Shown: in pieces, positions 1 to 8,894 of the stretch | Position numbering within the stretch: the stretch's first letter is position 1 | Layout of the letters: every line of letters begins with the position of its first letter | Assembly (NCBI GenBank): GCA_964651625.1 | Contig: CAZYWE010000012.1 | Span: forward strand, 1,633 to 65,632 | Reading direction: 5' to 3' | DNA length: 64,000 bases | Source: an uncultured Nitrosomonas sp. | Lineage (GTDB): Bacteria; Pseudomonadota; Gammaproteobacteria; Burkholderiales; Nitrosomonadaceae | Translations under genes and position numbers: made by a program | The notes under the pieces: model-generated | The model's database searches: none | What the model saw: only the letters and a program-made list of their open reading frames with translations | Told to the model about the DNA's origin: nothing

Positions 1-117
1 CGTTTTTATTAACTGATTAAACGCACCAGGTGAAATAATCAGTACCGGGTGCATTCCACGTTGCTCATGACCAGAAGCAGGATCGAGCGAAACGAGATAA
101 ATATCCCCTCGCTCCAT
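1..117 (-). CDS. pemK: PemK/MazF-family toxin, N-terminal part (continues off left edge)
   Basis: Manual translation MERGDIYLVSLDPASGHEQRGMHPVLIISPGAFNQLIKT carries the PemK GHEQxGxxPVL motif; ATG overlaps the antitoxin stop (TAATG). Confidence 0.9.
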   Translation of the reverse strand, partial: MERGDIYLVSLDPASGHEQRGMHPVLIISPGAFNQLIKT

Positions 118-374
118 TAAAGCTGCTCATGACCCACAGCGGAAGCATCCAGCCATTCCCGATCTTCTGCAGTTGGCTCGACCGATGGATCGCACTGTGC
201 CAGCAGTTCTTCAAGCGTGTAATGTGGTCGTTTTTTTGGTTCTATCACAAGTCTGCCATTATCAACATCAATACCAACTGTAGATCCGGCTGACAGGTGC
301 AGAACATCCAGAAGTGCAGGCGGAACGGCCAGCATGATAGAACCGCCGACCTTGCGAAGATTAGTAGTGTGCAT
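117..374 (-). CDS. pemI: PemI/MazE (AbrB-fold) antitoxin
   Basis: MHTTNLRKVGGSIMLAVPPA...YTLEELLAQCD is typical PemI/Kis; GGAGG RBS at 381-385 on minus strand. Confidence 0.92.
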   Translation of the reverse strand: MHTTNLRKVGGSIMLAVPPALLDVLHLSAGSTVGIDVDNGRLVIEPKKRPHYTLEELLAQCDPSVEPTAEDREWLDASAVGHEQL

Positions 375-389
375 GTGGCACCTCCATTA

Positions 390-407
390 GTTATATTTAA
401 GTATAAT
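390..407. promoter_or_regulatory. Candidate pemIK autoregulatory operator
   Basis: Near-palindrome GTTATATTTAAGTATAAT just upstream of the pemI RBS; resembles the kis-kid operator GTTATATTTAAATATAAC as recalled. Confidence 0.65.
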
Positions 408-488
408 ATTATCGCAACCTTACTTCAATATCCCCAGCTCACCGGATCAGCCTGTCACTTTCAGGCCAGCAGCAGAATCTGGTCAAAC

Positions 489-751
489 TTGCTTTCCACC
501 TGCGGTGGCCGCAATGACGGCGGTATGTTGTGTGCTGGATTGCTTCAACCCGTTGGGTTTCGCAAAGACGACATACCATATACGTCATCGCGAGGCCGCA
601 GGCCGTGGCGATCCAGCGGTTTTGTCGCCATTGCTGCTGAATTGCTGCGGCGACTGCGCTGTTTCGCAAAGACGACAAAGGTGAGGGGAAAAAGGGGCAA
701 TAACAAAGCACCACTGTCATCACGAAGCCTGACAAGGCTGTGGTGATCCAG
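489..751. repeat. Cluster of five CGTC-type palindromic (REP-like) repeats
   Basis: Units at ~489-519, 535-570, 583-616, 637-674, 715-751 with ends (C/T)GTCATC(G/A)CGA...GATCCAG or the inverse GGATTGC...CGCAA(T/A)GACG. Confidence 0.8.
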
Positions 752-954
752 CAGTATTGATAGCAGAATATAGAAATCAGGGTCAGGTCCGGAATCAGAA
801 AAATAAACATAATAAGTGTTGTTGATTTTGGATCCCGGTTTTCCCGGCTAATCGATTGCGTTATCAGAATTGTGTAGCTTGTTGCGCATTTAGAGTGTGC
901 ATAATATGCGTTGATAAAAACGCGAGGGTATGCGCATGAATTCATTCTTGACGT

Positions 955-1179
955 GTGAGCGACAAAAAATCTGTAAATGTTAGTATAAACAGCGACTTGA
1001 TCGCCAAGGCTAAAGCGCTGAAGACTAATCTGTCGGTAATACTGGAAGCGACTCTGATTGAATTGGTGAAGATCAGACAATGTGAATTTTGGAAGCAGCA
1101 GCATAGGATTGCAATCGAAACCTGTAATCAGCTGGTTGAGGAGCACGGAACCTTTAGCGGTGATCTGAGAAACTTTTAA
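955..1179 (+). CDS. ccdA: CcdA-family antitoxin
   Basis: KKSVNVSINSDL..A......NLS..LE..L, W...., G.FS..LR.F pattern; stop overlaps ccdB ATG. Confidence 0.8.
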   Translation: MSDKKSVNVSINSDLIAKAKALKTNLSVILEATLIELVKIRQCEFWKQQHRIAIETCNQLVEEHGTFSGDLRNF

Positions 1180-1379
1180 TGGCTCAGTTCAAGGTCTATG
1201 AAAACCCAAATAATGTAACCAGGAGAATCTATCCTTGCCTTTGGGATATGCAGTCCAGTGTGCTCGACAGTCTGCGAACCATGATTGACATTCCGCTTTG
1301 CCCAGTCTTTTATCGTTTCCGGGATATAGCGCTTTGTATCAGCTGTTTACATAGAGCGAAAATTGAAGGCAGGTTTTGA
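1179..1379 (+). pseudogene. ccdB: CcdB toxin, degenerate/truncated
   Basis: MAQFKVYENPN..T...YP.L.D.QS..LD.LRT...IPL matches the CcdB N-terminus; stops at 66 aa versus ~100 aa typical, so the gyrase-binding C-terminus is absent. Confidence 0.75.
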
Positions 1380-1574
1380 ATAAAGAAACAAGCTACCAAA
1401 TGTTATTGGTTCCAGTTTTCTCGATTTTTAAGCATTGGCAGCGTAATGATTTAGAAATCACGGGATAGTCTCCTCCCACAAACCAACTGGTCGGTTTCAG
1501 GCAAGAGTGCAAAAATACAGAAGTACCAGGGCAATACAACGAAAAACTGGCAGATAAAGCGTGGGGCAGGGTAT

Positions 1575-3038
1575 ATGGTTCGAACACTTTCGATTCTGAT
1601 GATTGGTTATACGGTGGAGGAGGCAGGATGGCTGCGCGATTTGCTGCAGCAGGGTGGATTAGCGGTTGAAGTGGACTGCGTGGCGACGGCGGAGGCGCTG
1701 CCGGATATGCTGCAGCAACGGAATCGGGATCTTCTGCTGGTCGATGATCAGTTTGATTTGAGTACAGTGCGGAAACCGGGTATTCCGGTCATTGCACTGC
1801 TTCCCAGGGAAGATGAACAGCTGGCAGCCCGTTTGCTGAATGCAGGTGCGCAGGATGTATTGCTGAGATCAGATTCTGTTCGCCTGCTTGCTGCGGTACG
1901 GCGCTGTTTCTGGCATGTCCAGCATCTGCTGGATTTGCGCGAGGCGCAATCGGCTCTGGAGCGAAGTGAAGCGCGTTTCCGTGCGATTGCTTCCAATCTG
2001 CCGGGGCTGGTGTTCCAGTTTGTAGTGGAATCGGATGGGGGTGTTTTTTTTCCTTATGTCAGCGAGGGCTCCAGATCATTGCTTGGGCTTTCTCCTGATT
2101 ATCTGCGGGAAAAACCGGGTACGTTTGCCATGTTGATCGTGGCGGAGGATGCAGCAGGTTACGAACAGTCATTGCTGGATTCACGCGAACGGCTCTCGGC
2201 ATGGAACTGGGAGGGGCGTATTCAGGCGAAGGGCGATACAGATATTAAATGGATCAGCCTGCGGGCGACACCGCGCCGGACACCACGTGGAGCGGTGCTG
2301 TGGGATGGCATCATGCTGAATATCACGCGCAATAAGCAGATCGAGCTGGAAATTGCCCGTTCACGAGCGCAGCTGGAGGAGCTTTCGGTCTATTCACAAA
2401 AGGTAAAGGAGCAGGAACGCACACGGATTGCGCGCGAGATTCACGATGATATTGGTGGGACCCTGACGGCGATCAAATGTGAGCTAGTACCCTGTCTGGA
2501 TAATTCTGACCGTACTCCGGGGTTTTATCGGCATAAAGCCGAAGCGGTGGAATCGCTGGTCGATATGGTAATCGACAGTACGCGGCGAATTGCGCTTGAT
2601 TTGCGTCCGGGTGTGCTCGATTGCGGGATTGTGGCGGCGGTACAGTGGCAGGCGCGGGAATTCAGCCAGCGTACCGGGATTGTCTGTCTGGTTGAATGTG
2701 ACAGCGAGGAAATTTCACTGGATGGGGATCTGGCCGTGGCGATTTTCCGGATTTTTCAGGAAGCGCTCACCAATATCGCTAAGCATGCAGATGCGACGGA
2801 AGTGCAAGTAAAACTGGCTGAGGCGGGTGGTCAGGTGCATCTGGAAGTAACGGACAATGGGCGCGGGGTTACACACATCGATATGAAGAAAGTAAATTCG
2901 TTCGGGATACGCAGTATGCGTGAACGTTGCCAGCAGCTTGGCGGGCAGTTTCATATCCAGGGTGGATCTCTGGCAGGAACTGAGGTGATAATCAGGATTC
3001 CGGTGAATGGAAAATCTGAATCCCGCCCGGAGTTGTGA
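1575..3038 (+). CDS. Sensor histidine kinase (degenerate REC + PAS + HisKA_3 + HATPase)
   Basis: ERTRIAREIHDDIG H-box, QEALTNIAKHA N-box, DNGRG G-box, PAS segment ending WDGIMLNIT. Confidence 0.9.
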   Translation: MVRTLSILMIGYTVEEAGWLRDLLQQGGLAVEVDCVATAEALPDMLQQRNRDLLLVDDQFDLSTVRKPGIPVIALLPREDEQLAARLLNAGAQDVLLRSDSVRLLAAVRRCFWHVQHLLDLREAQSALERSEARFRAIASNLPGLVFQFVVESDGGVFFPYVSEGSRSLLGLSPDYLREKPGTFAMLIVAEDAAGYEQSLLDSRERLSAWNWEGRIQAKGDTDIKWISLRATPRRTPRGAVLWDGIMLNITRNKQIELEIARSRAQLEELSVYSQKVKEQERTRIAREIHDDIGGTLTAIKCELVPCLDNSDRTPGFYRHKAEAVESLVDMVIDSTRRIALDLRPGVLDCGIVAAVQWQAREFSQRTGIVCLVECDSEEISLDGDLAVAIFRIFQEALTNIAKHADATEVQVKLAEAGGQVHLEVTDNGRGVTHIDMKKVNSFGIRSMRERCQQLGGQFHIQGGSLAGTEVIIRIPVNGKSESRPEL

Positions 3039-3066
3039 TTGAATTGAAGCGTGAGGGGGTAAGGCC

Positions 3067-3699
3067 GTGATAAGGGTGATGATCACTGATGACCATGCGA
3101 TTGTGCGCCAGGGGCTTAAGCAGATTCTGAGCGAAACCGGCGATATCAGTGTAACCGGAGAGGCGGAAAACGGTTTTCAGGCAGTCAGGATCGTGCGCCA
3201 GGAAGTGTTTGATGTCATGCTGCTGGATATTTCCCTGCCGGATCGGAACGGAATCGAGGTGCTCAAACAGGTCAGGAAGGAAAAACCGGAGCTGGCTGTG
3301 CTGATGCTGAGTATGCACAATGAAAATGAGTTTGCAATTCGCGCACTCAAGGCAGGCGCTGCCGGTTATCTAAACAAGCAGAGCGCACCGGCGCAGCTGG
3401 TCACCGCGATCCGGCAGGTAGCCTCCGGCCAGAAATATATTACGCCCGCGCTGGCGATGGAGCTGGCGAATGCAATTACCACCGATACTGACCGGCCGCC
3501 GCATGCTTCTTTGTCTGATCGGGAATACCAGACGTTATGTCTGATTGCTGCCGGCAAGGGATTGACCGAAATTTCTGAAGAAATGTGTCTCAGCCCGAAA
3601 ACGGTTAGCGTTTATCGCTCCCGGTTGCTGGAGAAACTGAAGCTTACCAACAATAGCGAACTGATCCGCTACGCCCTCATGCACCACCTGGTCGATTAA
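3067..3699 (+). CDS. NarL/UvrY-family response regulator
   Basis: REC (DDH..VRQGL, LLDISLP) plus LuxR HTH (LSDRE...LSPKTVSVYRSRLLEKL). Confidence 0.93.
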   Translation: MIRVMITDDHAIVRQGLKQILSETGDISVTGEAENGFQAVRIVRQEVFDVMLLDISLPDRNGIEVLKQVRKEKPELAVLMLSMHNENEFAIRALKAGAAGYLNKQSAPAQLVTAIRQVASGQKYITPALAMELANAITTDTDRPPHASLSDREYQTLCLIAAGKGLTEISEEMCLSPKTVSVYRSRLLEKLKLTNNSELIRYALMHHLVD

Positions 3700-3845
3700 G
3701 GAACCTCTGCACAACTTCGTCATCGCGAGGAGTGTAGCGACGCGGCAATCCATAAGGTGTTGATTTCATTGATGTGATGGATTGTTTCCTGCCACGTTGC
3801 ACCCGCAGTCGCAATGACGGGATTCGAGGTTAATCAGAGGTTTCC
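3700..3845. mobile_element. MITE-like element copy 1 carrying an inverted pair of CGTC repeats
   Basis: Imperfect terminal inverted repeats GGAACCTCTG / CAGAGGTTTCC, TAA on both flanks, second similar copy at 26931-27117. Confidence 0.7.
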
Positions 3846-3923
3846 TAACCGCTTTCTTTAACGATCACGCCATATCTGCCTTGCCATTACAGGTCGCTGC
3901 ACTGTAATGACCCGGTAATGCGG

Positions 3924-4268
3924 CTACCGGCCAGGTGGAGGTATCACACCGTTTTCCAGCCGGTAAAGCCAGGCCAGTAATTCGGCAACCGCAATATACA
4001 ACTCTGGCGGAATATGGTCATCCAGATCAACCTGCATCAATAGCGCTACCAGTTCAGCCGATTCATGCACGTACACGCCGGCTTCCTGAGCACGGCGAAT
4101 AATTTCTTCGGCAATCACTCCCCGACCCTTGGCGATGACACGGGGAGCCGCCATGCCGCCGTGGTAAGCAAGTGCCACCGCGCCCGGTACCGCATTCTGC
4201 CCGGCAGCAGCAGGCAAGCCGATCTGGCTGTTTAACGGTTGCTGCTCTTTCAGATCAGGTGTTTTCAT
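3924..4268 (-). CDS. Stand-alone FlhB C-terminal domain protein (EscU/YscU/FlhX-like)
   Basis: AVALAY....APRVIAKGRG..AEEII..A, IPPELY.AVAELLAWLY. Confidence 0.88.
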   Translation of the reverse strand: MKTPDLKEQQPLNSQIGLPAAAGQNAVPGAVALAYHGGMAAPRVIAKGRGVIAEEIIRRAQEAGVYVHESAELVALLMQVDLDDHIPPELYIAVAELLAWLYRLENGVIPPPGR

Positions 4269-5280
4269 GTTGCTGGATTTCCATCGCCTGTAGCGCCAGC
4301 CCGGTAGTTTGCATGGCGTTTGCCAGGGCCAGCTGTTCTTTTTTGAGTTGCTGCGTGATTTCGTCAGAATCGGTATCCAGCCGGATGCGCATACCCTGCG
4401 GCTCGATCATGAGTGTGGCTGTGATGTTTCCCAGATTGGGCAGCTGAAGATGAATACGGGTTTGCCAGCGGCCGGATTTTCCGGATGGTTCCCCGGCCTG
4501 TTTTTTTTCCTGATTATCCGGATATTCGGTGACGTCCCATTCCAGGGTCTGTCCCGGCCAGATTTCTCCCCGCCATTGAATAACCCCGGTTTCCAGCGTA
4601 TGCAGTTGCTGCTGCACTAACGCAGCTGTTTGTGGCGCGATGGGTGAGGTTGAATCAGCGGTTGTTGCTGAGGTGGATGCAGGGACTGGTACAGGTAACC
4701 TGCTCTGTGGCTCCTGCCGGAGCTGTTGCAGTGAACGGCTGCCACTCAGCCATTGCGCCAGATGTGATTCATAAAATAATCCGCTGGCTGATAATGCCTG
4801 CTGCAGCTGGCTGGATAACTGTGCTTTTTCTGCATTGGTTGCAGGGGGTGCCGGTAACAGCGGCACAGTTTCATTTATGGCTTTCGTGGCAGGGGATGCG
4901 GGCTGATTTAATAGCTGGGTAATGAATTTACCAGTTTGGCTGAGCGTTGCCGGATTGTTGCTGCCCTGAACATTGTTTTGCAGCAAAAACTTGAGCCGTG
5001 GAGCCTGTTCGATCAGCGTCAGTTCCAGCTCATCCCCGGTATTGATCGAAGCAGGCATCCGCATCTGCAGCCATTTTCCCGCGACATTGACAACGGAATG
5101 GCCGCTGGTCAGCCGTTCACCAACCTGCGCCATATATTTCTGGCCAAGAACAAAGGAGGGGGTGTCTGATTGGGTAACATCCGGTATCGGGGTAACTGCA
5201 CTGACTGGCCGGGTTTGTGAAATTGCATCGGCTGGTGTGGCAGACAGGATAACCGTTGAATTGACCGGGTTCAAAATCAT
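4255..5280 (-). CDS. FliK-like flagellar hook-length control domain protein
   Basis: SGLFYESHL, W.GEIWPGQ..EW, W.T.I.L.LPNLG C-terminal domain; overlaps the FlhB-like gene. Confidence 0.78.
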   Translation of the reverse strand: MILNPVNSTVILSATPADAISQTRPVSAVTPIPDVTQSDTPSFVLGQKYMAQVGERLTSGHSVVNVAGKWLQMRMPASINTGDELELTLIEQAPRLKFLLQNNVQGSNNPATLSQTGKFITQLLNQPASPATKAINETVPLLPAPPATNAEKAQLSSQLQQALSASGLFYESHLAQWLSGSRSLQQLRQEPQSRLPVPVPASTSATTADSTSPIAPQTAALVQQQLHTLETGVIQWRGEIWPGQTLEWDVTEYPDNQEKKQAGEPSGKSGRWQTRIHLQLPNLGNITATLMIEPQGMRIRLDTDSDEITQQLKKEQLALANAMQTTGLALQAMEIQQHENT

Positions 5281-5329
5281 GTGGCTAAGTTTTTCATGAT
5301 AACGGGATAAGTTACTGTTTTAACGGTGA

Positions 5330-7207
5330 TTATTTCCCGCGCATGAACATTTTATCCAGCTCGGCCAGGCTGATTTCAAACCAGGTGGGGCGGCCGTGGT
5401 TGCACTGGTCTGAACGCTCGGTAATTTCCATTTTGCGCAGGAGCTCATTCATTTCTATCTGTGTCAGCGGGCGATTGGCACGGACAGCACCATGACAGGC
5501 GATTGTTGCCAGCAATTCATTGCGCTGGGCAACAAGCAGCTGGGCAGGATCCCCGTTTCTGATTTCATCCAGCAGATCGCGCACCAGTTTTTCTATATCG
5601 GCATGCTGCAACATGGCTGGAACGGCACGCACGGCAAGCGTGGTGGCTGATAATGCAGATATTTCAAAACCCAGTTGCTGCAGCAGGGGCTGATTTTCTT
5701 CAACTGTGGCGCTATCGAGACTGTCTGCGTGGAATGTGACCGGAATCAGCAGCCGTTGTGCGGATAACGTCTGCTCATCCAGCTGCGATTTCAGTTGTTC
5801 ATAGACAATGCGTTCATGCGCGGCATGCATATCAACGATGACCAGCCCTTTCCGGTTCTGCGCCAGGATGTAGATGCCATGCAGCTGTCCCAGTGCAAAA
5901 CCCAGCGGGGGCATGATTGAATCTTCGCTGTCTTCTTCTCCGGTTTGTCGAAAATGATTCTGTGCGGCTGCAGAATTCGGCCTGCTGCCTGATAGGGCCT
6001 GATAAAAGCTGGAAGGTTGCGCAATCATTCCTGCCGGCAGATGTGTTTGTCTGGGATAACTCAACACCGGCGCGGCGGGTGCGCGGGTGGTGAAGGCATA
6101 ATCTGCTGGAGCATGGTTGGTAGCAGGGATTGCGGATGCGGCAGGAGATTGTTCCGCACCTGAGCGCGGCAAGGATAACGCCTTGCTGACTGCGTGATAG
6201 ATGAACTGGTGGATTGCCCGTGACTCCCGGAAACGGACTTCAATTTTGGTCGGGTGAACATTGACATCGACCTGTTCGGGATCGATTTCCAGATACAGCA
6301 CAAAAGCAGCATGGCGATCGAGATGCAGCACATCACGGTAGGCTTCGCGCAAGGCATGGGTAATCAGCTTGTCACGCACGAAACGCCCGTTAACAAAAAA
6401 ATACTGCATGTCACGTGCCGCCCGTGAATAGGCCGGTTGTGCCAGCATACCCCGCAGACCGATGCCAGCCGACTGCTCATCCAGCCAGGTGGCAGATTCG
6501 GCAAATTCCTCACCCAGTACGGCTTTGATGCGCGCAGCTGTTTCTGCCGCCTGCCAGTGATGACGTAAATTTCCGTTGTGCCGCAGCGTAAAGGTAATGT
6601 TTGCGTGAGAAAGCGCCATGCGCCGGAAAATTTCTTCACAGTGGGCAAATTCGGTAGCTTCAGTTTTCAGAAATTTTCGCCGGGCAGGAAGATTGAAAAA
6701 CAGATCACGCACTTCTACCGTGGTACCCGCCATGTGAGATGAAGGTTCCGGCGGTAACATCTGCGTACCCTCGGAGCGTATCTGCCAGGCGTGTTTTCCA
6801 TCCGGCTGCTGGCTGATGAGCAATAAATATGAAACCGAAGCAATACTGGCCAGTCCTTCACCGCGAAATCCCAGGCTGGTGATTCTGTATAAATCTTCCT
6901 GGCTGGCAATTTTGCTGGTTGCATGGCGCGTGAGCGCAAGTGGCAATTCTTCTGCAGAAATTCCGGAGCCATTATCAGTTACACGGATCAGCTTCAGGCC
7001 GCCTTGCGCGATAGTGACAGTGATTTCAGCCGCGCCGGCATCAATGGCATTTTCCAGCAGCTCTTTCAGTACCGAAGCCGGGCGCTCGATGACTTCTCCT
7101 GCGGCTATCTGGCTGATCAGTCCATCGGGCAGTAATTTGATTGCACTCATTTGAGAAATGGAAGAAAAGTCGCTGAAATCTGTAGAAAAACCGACTGAAT
7201 CGGCCAT
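5330..7207 (-). CDS. mutL: DNA mismatch repair protein MutL (start may be ATG at 7150)
   Basis: IAAGEVIERPASV.KEL.EN.IDAGA, HATSKI, DMHAAHER endonuclease motif, CNHGRP. Confidence 0.97.
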   Translation of the reverse strand: MADSVGFSTDFSDFSSISQMSAIKLLPDGLISQIAAGEVIERPASVLKELLENAIDAGAAEITVTIAQGGLKLIRVTDNGSGISAEELPLALTRHATSKIASQEDLYRITSLGFRGEGLASIASVSYLLLISQQPDGKHAWQIRSEGTQMLPPEPSSHMAGTTVEVRDLFFNLPARRKFLKTEATEFAHCEEIFRRMALSHANITFTLRHNGNLRHHWQAAETAARIKAVLGEEFAESATWLDEQSAGIGLRGMLAQPAYSRAARDMQYFFVNGRFVRDKLITHALREAYRDVLHLDRHAAFVLYLEIDPEQVDVNVHPTKIEVRFRESRAIHQFIYHAVSKALSLPRSGAEQSPAASAIPATNHAPADYAFTTRAPAAPVLSYPRQTHLPAGMIAQPSSFYQALSGSRPNSAAAQNHFRQTGEEDSEDSIMPPLGFALGQLHGIYILAQNRKGLVIVDMHAAHERIVYEQLKSQLDEQTLSAQRLLIPVTFHADSLDSATVEENQPLLQQLGFEISALSATTLAVRAVPAMLQHADIEKLVRDLLDEIRNGDPAQLLVAQRNELLATIACHGAVRANRPLTQIEMNELLRKMEITERSDQCNHGRPTWFEISLAELDKMFMRGK

Positions 7208-7366
7208 TATACTGACTTCAAGTTATGATACGCTTGAGGCTGGGCAAACGAGGTGGGAGGCGGTATCTGGCCGATGTCGGGCGGGTAGTGCAGGAAACAG
7301 CCCCACCCCGAAATTTGACTCAATGACAGTAACAGTGAATTTCAGAAACCAACCATTAAAACCATC

Positions 7367-8026
7367 ATGACACAAGACGAGCAGAAACGGGCAGTAGCAC
7401 AGGCAGCGCTGCAGTATGTGCCGGTAGGTGAAATTATCGGCATCGGGACGGGATCGACCGCCAATCTTTTTATCGATGAACTGGCCAGGATCAAGCACAA
7501 GATTGAGGGTGCCGTGGCCAGCTCCGAGGTGACTGCAAATCGTCTGAAGCAGCACGGCATCGAGGTGCTGGATCTCAATGCTGTTAGCGAAATCCCGGTG
7601 TATATCGATGGCGCGGATGAAATCACCCGGAACATGCACATGATAAAAGGGGGAGGGGGTGCGCTGACACGTGAAAAAATCGTGGCTGCTGTTGCGCGTA
7701 AATTTATCTGTATCGCTGACCAGAGCAAACTGGTCGGTGTGCTGGGAAAATTTCCACTGCCAGTGGAAGTCATACCGATGGCGCGCAGTTATGTCGCCCG
7801 GGAAATTACCCTGCTGGGCGGACAGCCTGCCTGGCGGCAGGGGTTTACTACCGATAACGGCAATATCATTCTCGATGTTCATAACCTGAGCATCATGAAT
7901 CCGGTAGAGCTGGAAACGACCCTCAACCAGATTACCGGGGTGGTGACAAATGGTCTGTTTGCCAGACGGGGAGCCAATGTATTGCTGATGGGCACCGATC
8001 AGGGAGTGGAGACCATTACGGTGTGA
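7367..8026 (+). CDS. rpiA: Ribose-5-phosphate isomerase A
   Basis: [23 protein letters not shown]. Confidence 0.97.
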   Translation: MTQDEQKRAVAQAALQYVPVGEIIGIGTGSTANLFIDELARIKHKIEGAVASSEVTANRLKQHGIEVLDLNAVSEIPVYIDGADEITRNMHMIKGGGGALTREKIVAAVARKFICIADQSKLVGVLGKFPLPVEVIPMARSYVAREITLLGGQPAWRQGFTTDNGNIILDVHNLSIMNPVELETTLNQITGVVTNGLFARRGANVLLMGTDQGVETITV

Positions 8027-8099
8027 GGTGAGTACAGGAAGCCGGTTGCCCAGCCCTGTTTCAGCATGGTAGCCGGCCATTATCCGGCAGCTGCTCTAC

Positions 8100-8117
8100 C
8101 TGTCATTAAATCATCAT
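8100..8117 (+). promoter_or_regulatory. Candidate Pho box upstream of phoU
   Basis: CTGTCAT-TAAA-TCATCAT: perfect first half-site, 4-bp AT spacer, partial second half-site, 46 bp before phoU ATG. Confidence 0.55.
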
Positions 8118-8163
8118 GATAGGTGTATAGAGTGATGCGATTATTTCTTCCGAGGATGCAAAC

Positions 8164-8871
8164 ATGCCCAATAAAGAACATTTTTCCAAAAAATTTGATG
8201 CTGATCTCGAAGAAATCCGTACCCGTGTCCTGCAGATGGGCGGACTGGTCGAGGAACAGATCAAAAACGCGATCGAGGCATTGACTGAAGGCAATGAAAC
8301 CATGATCGAGCAGGTTATCGACAACGATCACCGTGTTAATGCCATGGAAGTCAAGATCGATGAACTCTGTTCCCAGATCATCGTCCGCAGGCAGCCAACG
8401 GCAATTGATCTGCGTCTGATCATGACAGTCATCAACACCATTACGGATCTGGAAAGAATCGGTGATGAAGCCGCTAAAATCGCCCGTATGGCCAAGCTGA
8501 TCTACGCTTCGGACCGGATGCACATGCCACGTTTTGTTGAAATACGGCATATTGCGGCTATTGCAATGGATATGTTGCGCAAGGCACTTGATGCTTTTGC
8601 CCGGGTGGATCCAAATGCTTCAGCGGAAATCGTGCGCCAAGATGAACAGGTGGATGAGGAATTCCGTTCGATCATCCGGCATCTGGTTACATTCATGATG
8701 GAAGATCCGCGCAAAATCTCGACAGCAATTGAGATACTGTTTGCAGCCAAGGCTGTGGAACGTATCGGTGATCATGCCAAAAACATGTCGGAGTATGTTG
8801 TCTACATGGTGAAGGGCAAGGATGTCCGCCATGTCTCGGCTGATGAGATCGAGCGCGCGGTAGGGAAATAA
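8164..8871 (+). CDS. phoU: Phosphate signalling protein PhoU
   Basis: RQPTAIDLR, DLERIGD, ERIGDHAKN. Confidence 0.96.
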   Translation: MPNKEHFSKKFDADLEEIRTRVLQMGGLVEEQIKNAIEALTEGNETMIEQVIDNDHRVNAMEVKIDELCSQIIVRRQPTAIDLRLIMTVINTITDLERIGDEAAKIARMAKLIYASDRMHMPRFVEIRHIAAIAMDMLRKALDAFARVDPNASAEIVRQDEQVDEEFRSIIRHLVTFMMEDPRKISTAIEILFAAKAVERIGDHAKNMSEYVVYMVKGKDVRHVSADEIERAVGK

Positions 8872-8894
8872 TCCACACAACACAAACCGGGAAC

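Noticed and set aside
489-751. Possible CRISPR array or integron attC array
   Set aside because: Units alternate in orientation, are not identical and have irregular spacers; no cas or integrase gene and no GTTRRRY core pattern seen
439-1146. 235-aa minus-strand ORF and 149-aa plus-strand ORF (297-746)
   Set aside because: They run antisense to ccdA or pemI and across the repeat cluster, with no recognisable domain and atypical composition
5281-5329. Possible sigma28 promoter for the fliK-like gene
   Set aside because: TAAA to CCCGTTAT spacing is 12 nt rather than 15, and the -10 match is weak
7223-8080. Long antisense ORFs over rpiA (also over ptsI 19163-20032, metX 20408-21190, obgE 50465-51295)
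   Set aside because: Shadow frames of conserved genes caused by codon bias
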